A model generated the notes under the pieces. That model did not search any database, was not told the origin of the DNA, and worked only from the letters and a program-made list of their open reading frames with translations. This document shows positions 38,390 to 48,244 of a stretch of 64,000 bases of DNA, piece after piece. This stretch comes from Candidatus Iainarchaeum sp. (GTDB lineage: Archaea > Iainarchaeota > Iainarchaeia > Iainarchaeales > UBA10219), in the NCBI GenBank assembly GCA_018304425.1, contig JAGVWE010000002.1, forward strand, positions 128,001 to 192,000, written 5' to 3'. The position numbers and the translations under genes are program-made. Numbering within the stretch: position 1 is the stretch's first letter; the number at the start of each line of letters is the position of its first letter.

Positions 38390-38459
38390 TTGCAGCCCTT
38401 CCTAGGAGAATATCTATCGACAACCCCTTTAAATGGTTTTCCCCGCACCACCTATTTTT

Positions 38460-38969
38460 ATGCCGGCGGACAAAGTCAACGTCAGGGTCTTCCTGGGAGC
38501 CGACCACGCAGGCTTCAAGCTCAAGGAAAACATCCGCCAGTGGCTCAAAGAAAGAGGCGTTGAATTCGTGGACTTAGGGGTTTACAGCGCCGAGCCCGTG
38601 GACTACCCGGCCTACGCGGAACGCGTGGCCAGGGAAGTCGGCAATGCCGGTGAGGGAAAGGCCCTTGGCGTGCTTGCCTGCGGCACCGGCATCGGCATGG
38701 GCATGGCCGCCAACAAGGTGAGGGGAGTCCGGGCCGCTGTCTGCCACGACGAGTTCACGGCGGAAATGGCGCGCGCCCACAACAACGCCAACCTCTTGTG
38801 CCTGGGGGCCAGGGTCCTGCAAACCGGCGGCGAGGCCCTCAAAATCGTGGAACGCTTCCTAGAAACCGGTTTCAGCGCCGAGGAACGGCATGGACGCCGC
38901 GTGAAAATGATTTACGGCCTGGAAACACGGAAACCAAAGCAAGCCGCCAAAAAAAGGGCGAAGAAATAG
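38460..38969 (+). CDS. rpiB: Ribose-5-phosphate isomerase B
   Basis: GADHAG..LK, DYP, CGTGIGM..ANKV.GVRAA, HNNANLLCLGAR, RHGRRV. Confidence 0.95.
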   Translation: MPADKVNVRVFLGADHAGFKLKENIRQWLKERGVEFVDLGVYSAEPVDYPAYAERVAREVGNAGEGKALGVLACGTGIGMGMAANKVRGVRAAVCHDEFTAEMARAHNNANLLCLGARVLQTGGEALKIVERFLETGFSAEERHGRRVKMIYGLETRKPKQAAKKRAKK

Positions 38970-38977
38970 GACCCCGG

Positions 38978-41299
38978 CTAATTGTAGGTCTTGGTTCCCA
39001 GCACCGTTGCTTCCGTGCCCCGCCGGCACATGCTGAAGTTGGGGTAGGCCTGGCAGTACTTGACGAGCGCGCCGCCGGCCTGGGAAACGGGTTGCGCGAG
39101 CTTCACCGCGAACTTCTGGTCGATGATGGCTTTCAGGGTCTGGTAGCTGGGCATGCCCTCCACCTTGGTGCCGTTGATGAACAGGGTTGGAATGGTTTTC
39201 ACGCCCAGGGACTTCGCCAAGGCCAGGTCCTTGTCGATGTCCGGCTTGTACCGGTCCTGGGAAACGCAGCGCATCAAGTCATTGGAGTAGGTAGTGGAAA
39301 AGTCCTGGCCCTCCAGCTTGCTCAGGAGTTTCGAGAACGCGTCCGGGTAGAAGTTGGGCTGGATCTGGTACAATTCGTCGTGGAACTTCCAGTAATCCGT
39401 CACCTGGCTCGCGCACCGCGAGGCTTCCGCGGCCAGCATGGACCGCAAGTGGATGTCCAAGGGGTAGTCTTTGTGGAGGCGCCGCATGAATTTCGTGCAC
39501 CGGTAACCGTACTGGCCGAGGTTCTTGATCTCGGTTCCCAGGCAGTCCTTCTGGTACTCGTCCATGATCTGGTTGAGCATGAGGTTCAGGGTCTTGCATT
39601 CCTTGCTCTCGAAGTCGCAGAATTCCACGATGGTGACAACCGGTTGCGGCTTCAACGGGTAGTCGGGGTGCGATTCCCTTTCATGGGGGTCCGAGAAGAA
39701 CGGCGCGCCCTTCAAGGGGCTTCCGGCATACACCGAATCCAGGAGCAGCCCCTCGATGAACACCTTGTAGACGTAGAAGTAATTGAGGCCGCCGAACTTG
39801 GTCCCGTTTATCCTGAGCGTGGGAACGGCGTCGATGTCGGTTTCAACCGCGTACGTCAGGCCCTTGAAGGCCTCCTTGAGGTCGGCCAGCACCACGCCCT
39901 TGTACCGCTCCGAACTCAGGCACGCCCGGAACTGCGTGGAATCCAGGCCCAACTCGGAGGCATAGGAAACCAGGTCCTCGGCGTCATCGTACACGTTCTG
40001 TTCCTCGGTGAGACCCGTGGAAGCCCCGCTCTCCGGGTTGAATTCCACGAACTTGGTGTAGGGAACGGTTATGCGTTGCTTGCGGTAGAGCAACCGGTGG
40101 TAGGCCCAGAACTTGCCCTGCTCGTTCGCGCAGCGCGCGGCGAATGCCGCCCTCACCGCGAGCGGATTGTAGTAATCGATGTTGAGGTTCCGGTTCGTGA
40201 TGTCCTTCTTGTCCGATGGGAAGTCCTTGTGCACGATTTTCACGAACTCCCCGAAATAGGCCTCGATTTCGTCAATAACCCCTTGGATGAGGCGGCTGTC
40301 CTGGTCCACGTAGTTCTCAAAGACCTCAATGGTGACCAAGGCATTGGGGTTGCCCCGGTAGGGTGCCCCGGCAAAGACCTTGCCGGCCTCCTCCGCTTCC
40401 AGGACCACGTTCGCGTACTCCGTGGAATCCAGTTGGGCCACGAAATTCGGGGAAGCGAATTGCTTGAAGCCCTTCTTGTTCACCGTGAACGTAACCTCTT
40501 TGCCGTCCTTGAACAGGGCCTCGACGCGGCCATAGGCATTCGTGAAGCGAATCACGGTCTCCATCGCGCCCTTGTCGATGAACGTGCCCCGCACGCCCTC
40601 CGGCTGGTCCACGGCCGAGGAAAAGGCTACCTTGGCGTCCGCCGCTGGGTTTCCCTCCTTGTCGGAAACCGTTACCACTATCTTGCCCTTCAGTTTCTCG
40701 GCCTGGCCGATGAGGTCACACGCCGCACCCGCCTGGAACAGGATGCCCTGGCCGACCGGTACGGAAAGCGGTTCGTTCACGCCGAGCACGGCCCACGCCT
40801 GCTTCCGCGCGTCAAACAAGTACGCCGAGGACAGGCTGCACGTTCCCCGGATGTCCTGCAGGGAACCATTGACGAGGTCAGGGGAAACGGCCACGAAATT
40901 CCAACCGGACTGCACGGGCGCGAGCCCCTCCGACTTGAATGAATCCGAAACCGAAATCGTGCAATCCCGCTTGACTTCAAGCCAGACCGCGGTATGCGCG
41001 AGGTAATCCGCGTTGGATTGGAGGAACTGCGCGAACCGCTGGCTTCCCACCTCGATGTAGGACCGCGTGTTCACGTCGTACACGAAACTCGCGGCAAGGT
41101 CGGACTGCAGGCAAGTCGAGGCATCGGCTTGCCCGACCATGTTCGAGGGGAACTTGACGAGGTTCCAGCCCTTGAACAACTGCACCTTCAAGCCAACGGG
41201 GGTGGAGGCGACGCCGCCCGGCAGGGCCGGCGGCTGCGCGAAAACCAACAAGGAGGAAAACAAGAGGAAGACCGCCAGCAAAACGGCAGCGGATTTCAC
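38978..41299 (-). CDS. Secreted protein with two DsbA/thioredoxin-fold domains lacking canonical CxxC
   Basis: GNPNALVTIEVF..HKDFP..AARCANEQGKFW..VPTLRING and VTIVEFCDF..HKDYPL..AAEASRCA..IPTLFING. Confidence 0.85.
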   Translation of the reverse strand: MKSAAVLLAVFLLFSSLLVFAQPPALPGGVASTPVGLKVQLFKGWNLVKFPSNMVGQADASTCLQSDLAASFVYDVNTRSYIEVGSQRFAQFLQSNADYLAHTAVWLEVKRDCTISVSDSFKSEGLAPVQSGWNFVAVSPDLVNGSLQDIRGTCSLSSAYLFDARKQAWAVLGVNEPLSVPVGQGILFQAGAACDLIGQAEKLKGKIVVTVSDKEGNPAADAKVAFSSAVDQPEGVRGTFIDKGAMETVIRFTNAYGRVEALFKDGKEVTFTVNKKGFKQFASPNFVAQLDSTEYANVVLEAEEAGKVFAGAPYRGNPNALVTIEVFENYVDQDSRLIQGVIDEIEAYFGEFVKIVHKDFPSDKKDITNRNLNIDYYNPLAVRAAFAARCANEQGKFWAYHRLLYRKQRITVPYTKFVEFNPESGASTGLTEEQNVYDDAEDLVSYASELGLDSTQFRACLSSERYKGVVLADLKEAFKGLTYAVETDIDAVPTLRINGTKFGGLNYFYVYKVFIEGLLLDSVYAGSPLKGAPFFSDPHERESHPDYPLKPQPVVTIVEFCDFESKECKTLNLMLNQIMDEYQKDCLGTEIKNLGQYGYRCTKFMRRLHKDYPLDIHLRSMLAAEASRCASQVTDYWKFHDELYQIQPNFYPDAFSKLLSKLEGQDFSTTYSNDLMRCVSQDRYKPDIDKDLALAKSLGVKTIPTLFINGTKVEGMPSYQTLKAIIDQKFAVKLAQPVSQAGGALVKYCQAYPNFSMCRRGTEATVLGTKTYN

Positions 41300-41598
41300 G
41301 CCAATCCCTCCATGGCCGGGTCCGGCAACTGGGGCGGGGCCTGCCCGGTCTCCTGCACGACCTTGGTGAGGTCCAGGGGCGCGGAAGCGGTTTCATCCCG
41401 CCGGGGTTGTTTGGGGGGCGCGGTTTGCGGGGCTTGGTTCGCGGGCGGCTGGACTGAATCGGCTTTCTTCTCCCCGGCAACGGGTTGCGCCTGCTGCCCG
41501 GTGGGCTTGGCCCCTTCCCCGTTCCGGGTGGTCACCTGGACGCAGCCACTCAATAACAGGACCAGGCAAGCCAACCCAGCGATGACCGGTTTCGACAT
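41296..41598 (-). CDS. Small Pro/Gln-rich lipoprotein
   Basis: MSKPVIAGLACLVLLLSGC lipobox; stop overlaps the next start. Confidence 0.7.
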   Translation of the reverse strand: MSKPVIAGLACLVLLLSGCVQVTTRNGEGAKPTGQQAQPVAGEKKADSVQPPANQAPQTAPPKQPRRDETASAPLDLTKVVQETGQAPPQLPDPAMEGLA

Positions 41599-41674
41599 TT
41601 TTTTCCCGCCTTTTCCACCGTTTTTCTCCGATGCGACTCCCATATATTGCCGATTAATTGTTTTTAAACTCACC

Positions 41675-43288
41675 TTACTTGGCTCCAAACAAACCCAGGA
41701 TAAACGAAACAATGGAATCCAGGAAACTCTTGCGCGGCTGCAGGGGCTCGGAGGGGAACTCGGGCTGGCCGACCGAAGGCACGGGCTGCCCCTCATCGGG
41801 GGCCGCGGCGCGTATGCAGTCCCCATTCAGGCATTGCTCGCCTTCCCCGCACTTGACGTAGTAACACAAGTCCACCTTGGACACGCCCACGCTCAAGGCA
41901 TATCTCCCGCTGGCTATCCGGGAAACGCTGAAGTAAAGGGTCTGACCCTTTTCGGCGGCATAGGAGGCCGTGACCTCTTCCCGGGAAACGAAGGGCCGCA
42001 CGTTCAAGGGGTTAAGGGAAGCGTCAAAGAACTGCACGGAAAAGTCGGCTCCAGGGGAGGGAATGACTTTTACCTCGAGCTTCTCTCCCCGCTTGAGTTC
42101 CGCCTTGAAGACGTCCTTTTCGTCCGCGCCCCCCTCGCCGCCCACCAGCCAGTTCACCTCATAGAGGCCTGGTTCCACTCCGAACGCGTCCTCAAAGGAT
42201 TCCGGGGCATCCCCCCGGCCGTCCAAGTCAAACAGGGGCTGGACCTCGAACTTGGTAGTGCAGGTGAATTCCCGGAGCCAAGCCGATTCCGGGCCGACCT
42301 CGACGTACAAGGTCTGGTGAACCTTCGAGGAGTTGGTGGCCCAGGACAACAAGATTTCCTTGGCATCATCCTTTTCCTTCAAGGAAACGGACTGCTTGGC
42401 CAGCAAATCCCTGGCCTCGTTGTAAACGAATACCGCCGGGCTCGCCCGGTGCTTGGGCCCCCAGTAGAGGGGCCTGCAAGTCGAGCTCACGACGAGCTTT
42501 TCCCCGCCGTCGAGGACGAGCTTGAAAAAGTCCTTCAAGTTGTTCTTGGTGTACTTGCGCTCGAAGATACCAGCCTTCACCAGGGTGGCGGACTCAAAGC
42601 TGTCGCCCGGGGTTATTACCTTGCAGTCGCGCGTGCAGTTGTAGGCGTTCTCGAGCTCGTCGCAGGCCTTGTTGCCGCACGAGGCCAGTTCCCCGCAGTC
42701 CAGGGGACAATTGTAACTGGTTTCCAGGGGCGCGTTGCAGACGTCGTCACCGCAGGTGCTGGGCGCGCCACAATCCATGGCACAGTTGAAGCTGTCCTCG
42801 CGGCCGTCGCAGAGGCCGTCCCCACACCGGTACTGGGTCCGCTTGCAGTCGGCCAGACAATTGTAATGGTTTTCCTTGGCTTCGCAGACCGCGTTACCAC
42901 AGCTTTCCGCGTACCCGCAGTCGGTGGGGCAATTGTAGGAGTGCTCGCGTTCCTCGCACGAATTGTTCCCGCAGTCGGGCGGCAGTCCGCAGTCCAGGGG
43001 ACAGGAAAAGGAGTCCTCTTTGCCGATGCAGGCCGTGTCCCCGCACACCTCGAAGGCGCCGCAGTCCTCGGGGCAATTGGTCTTGTTTTCTTCGTTCGAG
43101 CAGACGTAGTCCCCGCAAAAAGCCGTCGAACGCGTGCAGTCCACGGGACAGCTCAGGGTGGATTCAAGGGAGTCACAGATGCCGTTGCCGCAACCGGCCG
43201 GCCGGGCCGTGCCATAGAGTTGCGCCGAAACCGCGACCGCGAGGAACAGGAAGGACAAGCCAAGGGCGAAAAGGTTGGAGCGGCGCAT
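41675..43288 (-). CDS. Secreted protein with eight CG[ND]xxC...E....C..DC repeats and beta-sandwich (PPC-like) domains
   Basis: Signal peptide; eight four-Cys repeats; C-terminal amphipathic SFLDSIVSFILGLF. Confidence 0.8.
   Translation of the reverse strand: MRRSNLFALGLSFLFLAVAVSAQLYGTARPAGCGNGICDSLESTLSCPVDCTRSTAFCGDYVCSNEENKTNCPEDCGAFEVCGDTACIGKEDSFSCPLDCGLPPDCGNNSCEEREHSYNCPTDCGYAESCGNAVCEAKENHYNCLADCKRTQYRCGDGLCDGREDSFNCAMDCGAPSTCGDDVCNAPLETSYNCPLDCGELASCGNKACDELENAYNCTRDCKVITPGDSFESATLVKAGIFERKYTKNNLKDFFKLVLDGGEKLVVSSTCRPLYWGPKHRASPAVFVYNEARDLLAKQSVSLKEKDDAKEILLSWATNSSKVHQTLYVEVGPESAWLREFTCTTKFEVQPLFDLDGRGDAPESFEDAFGVEPGLYEVNWLVGGEGGADEKDVFKAELKRGEKLEVKVIPSPGADFSVQFFDASLNPLNVRPFVSREEVTASYAAEKGQTLYFSVSRIASGRYALSVGVSKVDLCYYVKCGEGEQCLNGDCIRAAAPDEGQPVPSVGQPEFPSEPLQPRKSFLDSIVSFILGLFGAK
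42623..43192 (-). repeat. Eight tandem ~23-24-aa Cys-rich protein repeats
   Basis: CGNGICDSLESTLSCPVDC through CGNKACDELENAYNCTRDC. Confidence 0.9.
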
Positions 43289-43445
43289 AAACGTCACTAA
43301 CAATATATATTTGTCATTAATAAATATATCGAGTTCGTAAGGTTGGCCACGTGTTTTAGCCGACCAAACGGCCCAATAGGTAGCCTTTTATTGGGGTTTG
43401 GCGTAAATAGTCCAGGAAAAAATTTCTTTCAAGGGAGGAAAGAAC

Positions 43446-43994
43446 ATGGTTTTGATGCTAATCGCGGGACTTCTCGTCGTGGCGGCGTTGGCCGTCGTGC
43501 TCGTCTACAACGGTTTGGTCACCGTCCGGAACCGGGTGGACAACGCCTGGAGCCAGATTGACGTGCAGTTGAAGCGGCGGACGGACCTGATTCCGAACCT
43601 CGTGGAAACCGTGAAAGGCTATATGACGCACGAGCGGCAGACCCTGGAAGCCGTCACCAACGCGCGCGCGGCCCTGGTCAAGGCCGGCAGCGTCGCCGAC
43701 AAAGCCCAGGCCGACAACATGCTCACGCAGGCGCTGAAAACCGTGTTCGCGGTCGCGGAAAGCTACCCTGATTTGAAGGCCAACCAGAACTTCATGCTGC
43801 TGCAAGAAGAACTGGCCGGCACCGAAAGCAAGATAGCCTATGCCCGGCAGTTCTACAACGACAGCGTGCTGGGCTACAACAACTCGATTCAAACCGTGCC
43901 CAGCAACATCGTGGCCGACATGTTCGGGTTCAAGGCCAAGGACTTCTTCCAGATACCGGAAGGCGAGCGCGCGGCCGTGAAGGTCTCCTTCTAA
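43446..43994 (+). CDS. lemA: LemA family protein
   Basis: [47 protein letters not shown]. Confidence 0.96.
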   Translation: MVLMLIAGLLVVAALAVVLVYNGLVTVRNRVDNAWSQIDVQLKRRTDLIPNLVETVKGYMTHERQTLEAVTNARAALVKAGSVADKAQADNMLTQALKTVFAVAESYPDLKANQNFMLLQEELAGTESKIAYARQFYNDSVLGYNNSIQTVPSNIVADMFGFKAKDFFQIPEGERAAVKVSF

Positions 43995-44034
43995 CCCCGT
44001 GCCAGAGGCCAAGCGGTTGGACAGGTGAAAGAAA

Positions 44035-44919
44035 ATGTGGGAAGCCGAGGCGGCCAACAAGCGGAACTCCCTTCTCTTGGTGCTGGTCTTCTTCGCCTGC
44101 ATCTACGTGCTGGCCTGGGTGTTCAGCGAGGTAAGCGGTTTTGGCAGCTTTGGCCTGGTCTTGGCCGGAATCATCGCCATCGGCTCGACTGTGGGCTCGT
44201 ATTACTTCAGCGACAAAATCATCCTGGCCTTGAGCCAGGCGAAACCCGTTGAAAAACAGCAGAACCCCTACTTGTACAACGTCATCGAGGGCCTGGCGAT
44301 TGCCGCCGGCATACCGAAGCCCCGCGCGTACCTCATCGAGGACACCGCGCCCAACGCCTTCGCCACGGGAAGGGACCCCGAACACGCCATCATCGTGGTG
44401 ACCACGGGGCTGCTGCAGAAACTCAACCGGACCGAACTCGAGGGAGTCATCGCCCACGAAATGTCGCACATAAAAAACTTCGACATCCGCTTCATGATGT
44501 ACGTCGCGGTCATGGTGGGAGTCATTGCCCTGCTCAGCGACTGGATTCTGAGGAGCGCGTTTCACCGGAAAAGCGACCGGGGCGGCGGACGCGGCACCCT
44601 GCTCCTGCTGGTCATCGGCATCGCCTTCGCCGTCCTCGCCCCCTTGTTCGCCACGCTCATCAAGCTCGCGATTTCCAGGCAACGCGAGTTCCTGGCCGAT
44701 GCCTCGGGTTCCCTGTTGACGCGTTACCCGGAGGGACTGGCTTCCGCGCTTGAAAAGATTTCCGGCGACAAGGAGCCCCTGGAGGCGGCCAACCGCGCCA
44801 CCGCCCACCTGTACATCGTCAACCCCTTCAAGGACGTGGGAGGGCTCGCAGCCGGCCTGCTTTCAACGCACCCCGCCATCGAGGAAAGGGTCAAGCGGTT
44901 GAGAAGCCGGTTGACGTAA
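44035..44919 (+). CDS. htpX: M48 zinc metalloprotease HtpX
   Basis: PNAFATGRDP, AHEMSH (HExxH), SRQREFLAD, STHP. Confidence 0.95.
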   Translation: MWEAEAANKRNSLLLVLVFFACIYVLAWVFSEVSGFGSFGLVLAGIIAIGSTVGSYYFSDKIILALSQAKPVEKQQNPYLYNVIEGLAIAAGIPKPRAYLIEDTAPNAFATGRDPEHAIIVVTTGLLQKLNRTELEGVIAHEMSHIKNFDIRFMMYVAVMVGVIALLSDWILRSAFHRKSDRGGGRGTLLLLVIGIAFAVLAPLFATLIKLAISRQREFLADASGSLLTRYPEGLASALEKISGDKEPLEAANRATAHLYIVNPFKDVGGLAAGLLSTHPAIEERVKRLRSRLT

Positions 44920-44934
44920 ATTAGTGCAAGGCCA

Positions 44935-45330
44935 TCAATCGAACAGCGTGCGGCCTTGCCAGACCCGTACCTGGTTGCGGGAAATCATTTTCGCGGAAAT
45001 CAAGCCCATGATTTGGCCGGCCTTGTCAGTAACCGCGAGATGGCGGATGTCGTGTTTTTCCATGAGCTTGCCGGCGTCCATGACGCCTTGCTCGCCGTCA
45101 ATGGAAATGACCGGGCAATGCATGACTATCTTGACCTTGGTCCGGCTGACGTCCACGCATTTTGCGACGAACCGGAGCAGGTCGCGTTCGGTGACGATGC
45201 CTTGGACTTCCTCTTTTTTCCCGACCAGGGCCGCGCTGACCTTCTTCCCAAGCATCAACTCCGCGGCCTCCGACACCGAGGCATCCGGGGAAAGGTAGTG
45301 CGCGGCGCGGGTGAGGTCCTTCACCTTCAT
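44935..45330 (-). CDS. CBS-domain pair protein
   Basis: GIVTERDL and IRHLAV..GLIS. Confidence 0.9.
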   Translation of the reverse strand: MKVKDLTRAAHYLSPDASVSEAAELMLGKKVSAALVGKKEEVQGIVTERDLLRFVAKCVDVSRTKVKIVMHCPVISIDGEQGVMDAGKLMEKHDIRHLAVTDKAGQIMGLISAKMISRNQVRVWQGRTLFD

Positions 45331-45405
45331 GCAGGCATATAGGGGAAAACCGGAATTTATGCCTTTCCCCCAAGGTATTTAAAGGGTTGGAAGCACGTGC
45401 CTTGC

Positions 45406-46260
45406 ATGGCATCCAAGAAAGCCGCGCTATTGATTGTCGCGGCCGCCGCCATCTTTGCGACCAACGGCTTGTACGTGCGGTTCCTGGACCTTCCGGTTGA
45501 AGCGCTGGCCGCTGGCCGGTTGTTCGTGGGAGCAACCGCGCTCTACGTGTACTACCGTTTCACGGGCAAAAGCCTCCGCATCAAAAGCGTGGACGGGGCC
45601 AGGCTCTTGTTCGCCGCCGCCTTGTTCAACGCCCTCGCGTTCTACACCAACTTCGCGGCCTACGCCCTCCTCTCCGTGGCCATGGCCACGGTGCTGCTCT
45701 ACACGTCCTCGTTTTTCTCCGTGGTCCTCGAACACTTCTTCGTCAAGGAAAAGCGGCTCCGCAAAGAAAACTGGCTCGCGGTCTTCCTCGGCTTGGCCGG
45801 GGTGGGCATCATCGCCTACGGCCATGGCCTCGGAACCGGCTTTCAAGCGAACGCTGGCCTCTTCGTTGGCCTGGCTTCGGGCGTGGCCTATGCCTGCACC
45901 ATGGTGTTGGCCAAGAAATCCATCAAAGCCAATGGATGCGAGCAAACCACCTTCTACTACGTGCTCGTGGCCGGCCTCCTGCTGGCGCCCTTTGCCCTAA
46001 TAGCCCATCCCAGGTTCACGCTGGAGACCCTGGGCTGGCTGGCCGTGTTCGGAGTCGTGAACAGCTTTGTGGGGGTCAGCATGCTCTTGCGCGGCCTCAA
46101 AGCCGTCAAGCCCCACCACGCCATCATCCTGGTCTCCCTGGAAATGGTGTTCGCTGCCGTCTACGCCTGGCTGCTGCTCGGCGAAGCCATCACCCCTCAC
46201 GTGGCCGTGGGCGGGGCATTGATTGTTGTGGCCGCCTATTTGGCGGAAAAAGAGGGTTGA
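45406..46260 (+). CDS. EamA/DMT family transporter
   Basis: About 10 TM helices; two EamA halves; LLLGEAIT..GGALI. Confidence 0.88.
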   Translation: MASKKAALLIVAAAAIFATNGLYVRFLDLPVEALAAGRLFVGATALYVYYRFTGKSLRIKSVDGARLLFAAALFNALAFYTNFAAYALLSVAMATVLLYTSSFFSVVLEHFFVKEKRLRKENWLAVFLGLAGVGIIAYGHGLGTGFQANAGLFVGLASGVAYACTMVLAKKSIKANGCEQTTFYYVLVAGLLLAPFALIAHPRFTLETLGWLAVFGVVNSFVGVSMLLRGLKAVKPHHAIILVSLEMVFAAVYAWLLLGEAITPHVAVGGALIVVAAYLAEKEG

Positions 46261-46261
46261 A

Positions 46262-47008
46262 TTAGTCCGACTCGATGCGCGGCGCCAGGAAATAGGTTAT
46301 CGTAGACGCGCCGATGGGGTACGCGATTTTGACGGGCGCGCTGGACTTGAGGCAGACGCTGACGCTGGTCGCGGAGTCAGCGGATTTCAGCATGTTCTGG
46401 AGGTAGTCCAAGGGGAACATCGCTGCCGCGTCCTTCTTGGCCTTTATTTCCTTGACGGACTTGTCCTTCTTGGACAACTCGTTGTTGAGGGTTCCCTTGC
46501 TGGAATGGGCTTTCACGTAGAAGGCCGCGCCGTCCGTGCCCAGGGAAACGTGGCTGGAAATCAGCGAGGCGTCCTTCAAGGAGTCCTGCAACGAGCCCGC
46601 GGCCACGATTATTTCGGCGTCGAAATCGATTTTGGGCGAGGGAAGCTCGGCAGCCGAAACGTCAATCAAGGGAATGGAGAACCGCCGCGTGCCCTCTCCC
46701 TTGAACACGATGTGGAGGCGCGAGTTGTCCTTTTCGAGCGCGAGCTCCAATGCATCCTTGGACTTCGCGCGCGCCATGATCTGGGAGAGGTAATTCAGGT
46801 CGAGGCCGAGCTTGACGAGGCTCGGCACCTTGAACTCCTTGAACGCGTTCTTGTCCAGGAAAAAGTCCACCATCGAAATCTGGGAGGGGTCGGTTGCCTT
46901 CAACGCGAACCCCTTCTGGTCCACGATGAACTCGGCTTCGTCGATGAGCACGGCGATGGCGTCCACCGCGCGCTTGAACAACCCGGCATCCTCAAAAACG
47001 AGTTCCAT
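46262..47008 (-). CDS. pcn: PCNA sliding clamp, canonical copy
   Basis: ATDPSQISMVDF, FPLDYL, C-terminal YFLAPRIE. Confidence 0.94.
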   Translation of the reverse strand: MELVFEDAGLFKRAVDAIAVLIDEAEFIVDQKGFALKATDPSQISMVDFFLDKNAFKEFKVPSLVKLGLDLNYLSQIMARAKSKDALELALEKDNSRLHIVFKGEGTRRFSIPLIDVSAAELPSPKIDFDAEIIVAAGSLQDSLKDASLISSHVSLGTDGAAFYVKAHSSKGTLNNELSKKDKSVKEIKAKKDAAAMFPLDYLQNMLKSADSATSVSVCLKSSAPVKIAYPIGASTITYFLAPRIESD

Positions 47009-47056
47009 GCTCTTTTTCTCCGACTAACCCATTGGCTTCGGCAACCCTTTAAAACC

Positions 47057-47866
47057 CTATGGGAACGGGCATCTCCCGTTGACGTAACAACCGGAAACCA
47101 GGTTCTTGGGCACGTCGAAGACCAGGAGCTTGACCCAGCCCAGGAAGGGAACGCGGAGCACCATCTTGCCCTGCACTTCCGATGCCGGCACCGCGTACTG
47201 GGTGATGTGGGTTTCCTGGTCAATCAAGGGGTTGTGGGCGCTGTCCCCCTTGGTGAGGAAGTACACCCCATCGCGGGCCCTGAGCTTGGCGATGACGCGG
47301 TGGATGATGGGTTCCTGCAAGGCCTGCGAGAAGTAAACGATGACGTCGCCCTCCCGGTTCAATTCCAGGGCCTGCCCGTCCGAGAACCGGAGTTCCTTCA
47401 CCGAAAAATCGGTGTCCTTGGCCCTGCGCTGGGCAAGCAAGGCCAGGAAGGACTCACAGGGAACCAAAGAAGCCGAGTCAAAGGCGTTGCCCGAGCAACG
47501 GCTTTGAAGATAGGAACGCGCGGGAACCCCTTGAAGCGGCAAGTCCAAGACGAGTTCCTGGGCACGCACCTGCTCGGGGCCCGCGCCCACCAAGACGATG
47601 ACGTCGCCCCGGAAAAAAACCGGCTCCATGGAACCCGACACCACGATGACCATGGGCGAGGGCGTGCCCAACAACAACCCCAAGCCGTTGTAGAGCGTGA
47701 ACGCGAACAAGAAGGCGAAAAAGACGTAGACGGCCCAGGAAACCAGCTTGTCGTTGCCGGGGTTGACGCGCGGCATGACGAAGAGGTCAACGTACGTGAA
47801 GGGGTCCAGCCATTTGAGTTTTTTGCGGAACGACTTGAGTCTTTCACGGAATGCCTTGAAGTCCAT
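47057..47866 (-). CDS. Signal peptidase I (Sec11-type)
   Basis: VVSGSMEP..RGD, PIIHRV, TKGD, VPFLGWVK; start could extend to ATG 47935. Confidence 0.9.
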   Translation of the reverse strand: MDFKAFRERLKSFRKKLKWLDPFTYVDLFVMPRVNPGNDKLVSWAVYVFFAFLFAFTLYNGLGLLLGTPSPMVIVVSGSMEPVFFRGDVIVLVGAGPEQVRAQELVLDLPLQGVPARSYLQSRCSGNAFDSASLVPCESFLALLAQRRAKDTDFSVKELRFSDGQALELNREGDVIVYFSQALQEPIIHRVIAKLRARDGVYFLTKGDSAHNPLIDQETHITQYAVPASEVQGKMVLRVPFLGWVKLLVFDVPKNLVSGCYVNGRCPFP

Positions 47867-47957
47867 GGGGTCACGACCGCGTGGCTTGCGGTTTGGGGGA
47901 AGCGGTTTGAAGGAAGGACGCCTGGCGCCAGTCATTGGAGGGCCTCCCTCGAAGGCC

Positions 47958-48233
47958 TCATTTGAGGGCCTTTTTGACCGCGTTCCCGAATTCCTTGAGC
48001 TCGTCCTCGATGGCATCACAGGCCTCGGACAACGCCTTCTTCGCCGAAACGCCCTTGGTCTTTAAGACGAACTTCGTGTCCTTGTCCATGGGATGCCCCA
48101 AGGCATACGAGGCAAAAGTCACGGCCTCGTTGTTCAACAACCTGGACTGGAGCAGGGCCGGAAAAGTATGCCGCTCGTCCTTGAGAATGAACTCGACGTG
48201 GTTTGGCTCGTTCTTGACTAACTCCAACTGCAT
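47958..48233 (-). CDS. rpoL: RNA polymerase subunit Rpo11/L
   Basis: ERHTF..LL...L....V.FASY..GHP; follows csl4. Confidence 0.9.
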   Translation of the reverse strand: MQLELVKNEPNHVEFILKDERHTFPALLQSRLLNNEAVTFASYALGHPMDKDTKFVLKTKGVSAKKALSEACDAIEDELKEFGNAVKKALK

Positions 48234-48244
48234 GCACGCCCCTC

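Noticed and set aside
42623-43192. Cys repeats as CRISPR array or diversity-generating retroelement
   Set aside because: Degenerate in-frame protein repeats; no reverse transcriptase or template/variable repeat pair
38798-43300. Long plus-strand ORFs of 714 and 768 aa
   Set aside because: Antisense shadows of well-supported minus-strand genes; expected in GC3-rich DNA; no motifs
43446-44919. lemA-htpX pair as a novel system
   Set aside because: Well-known conserved gene pair
46223-47965. 580-aa plus-strand ORF
   Set aside because: Antisense to PCNA and signal peptidase
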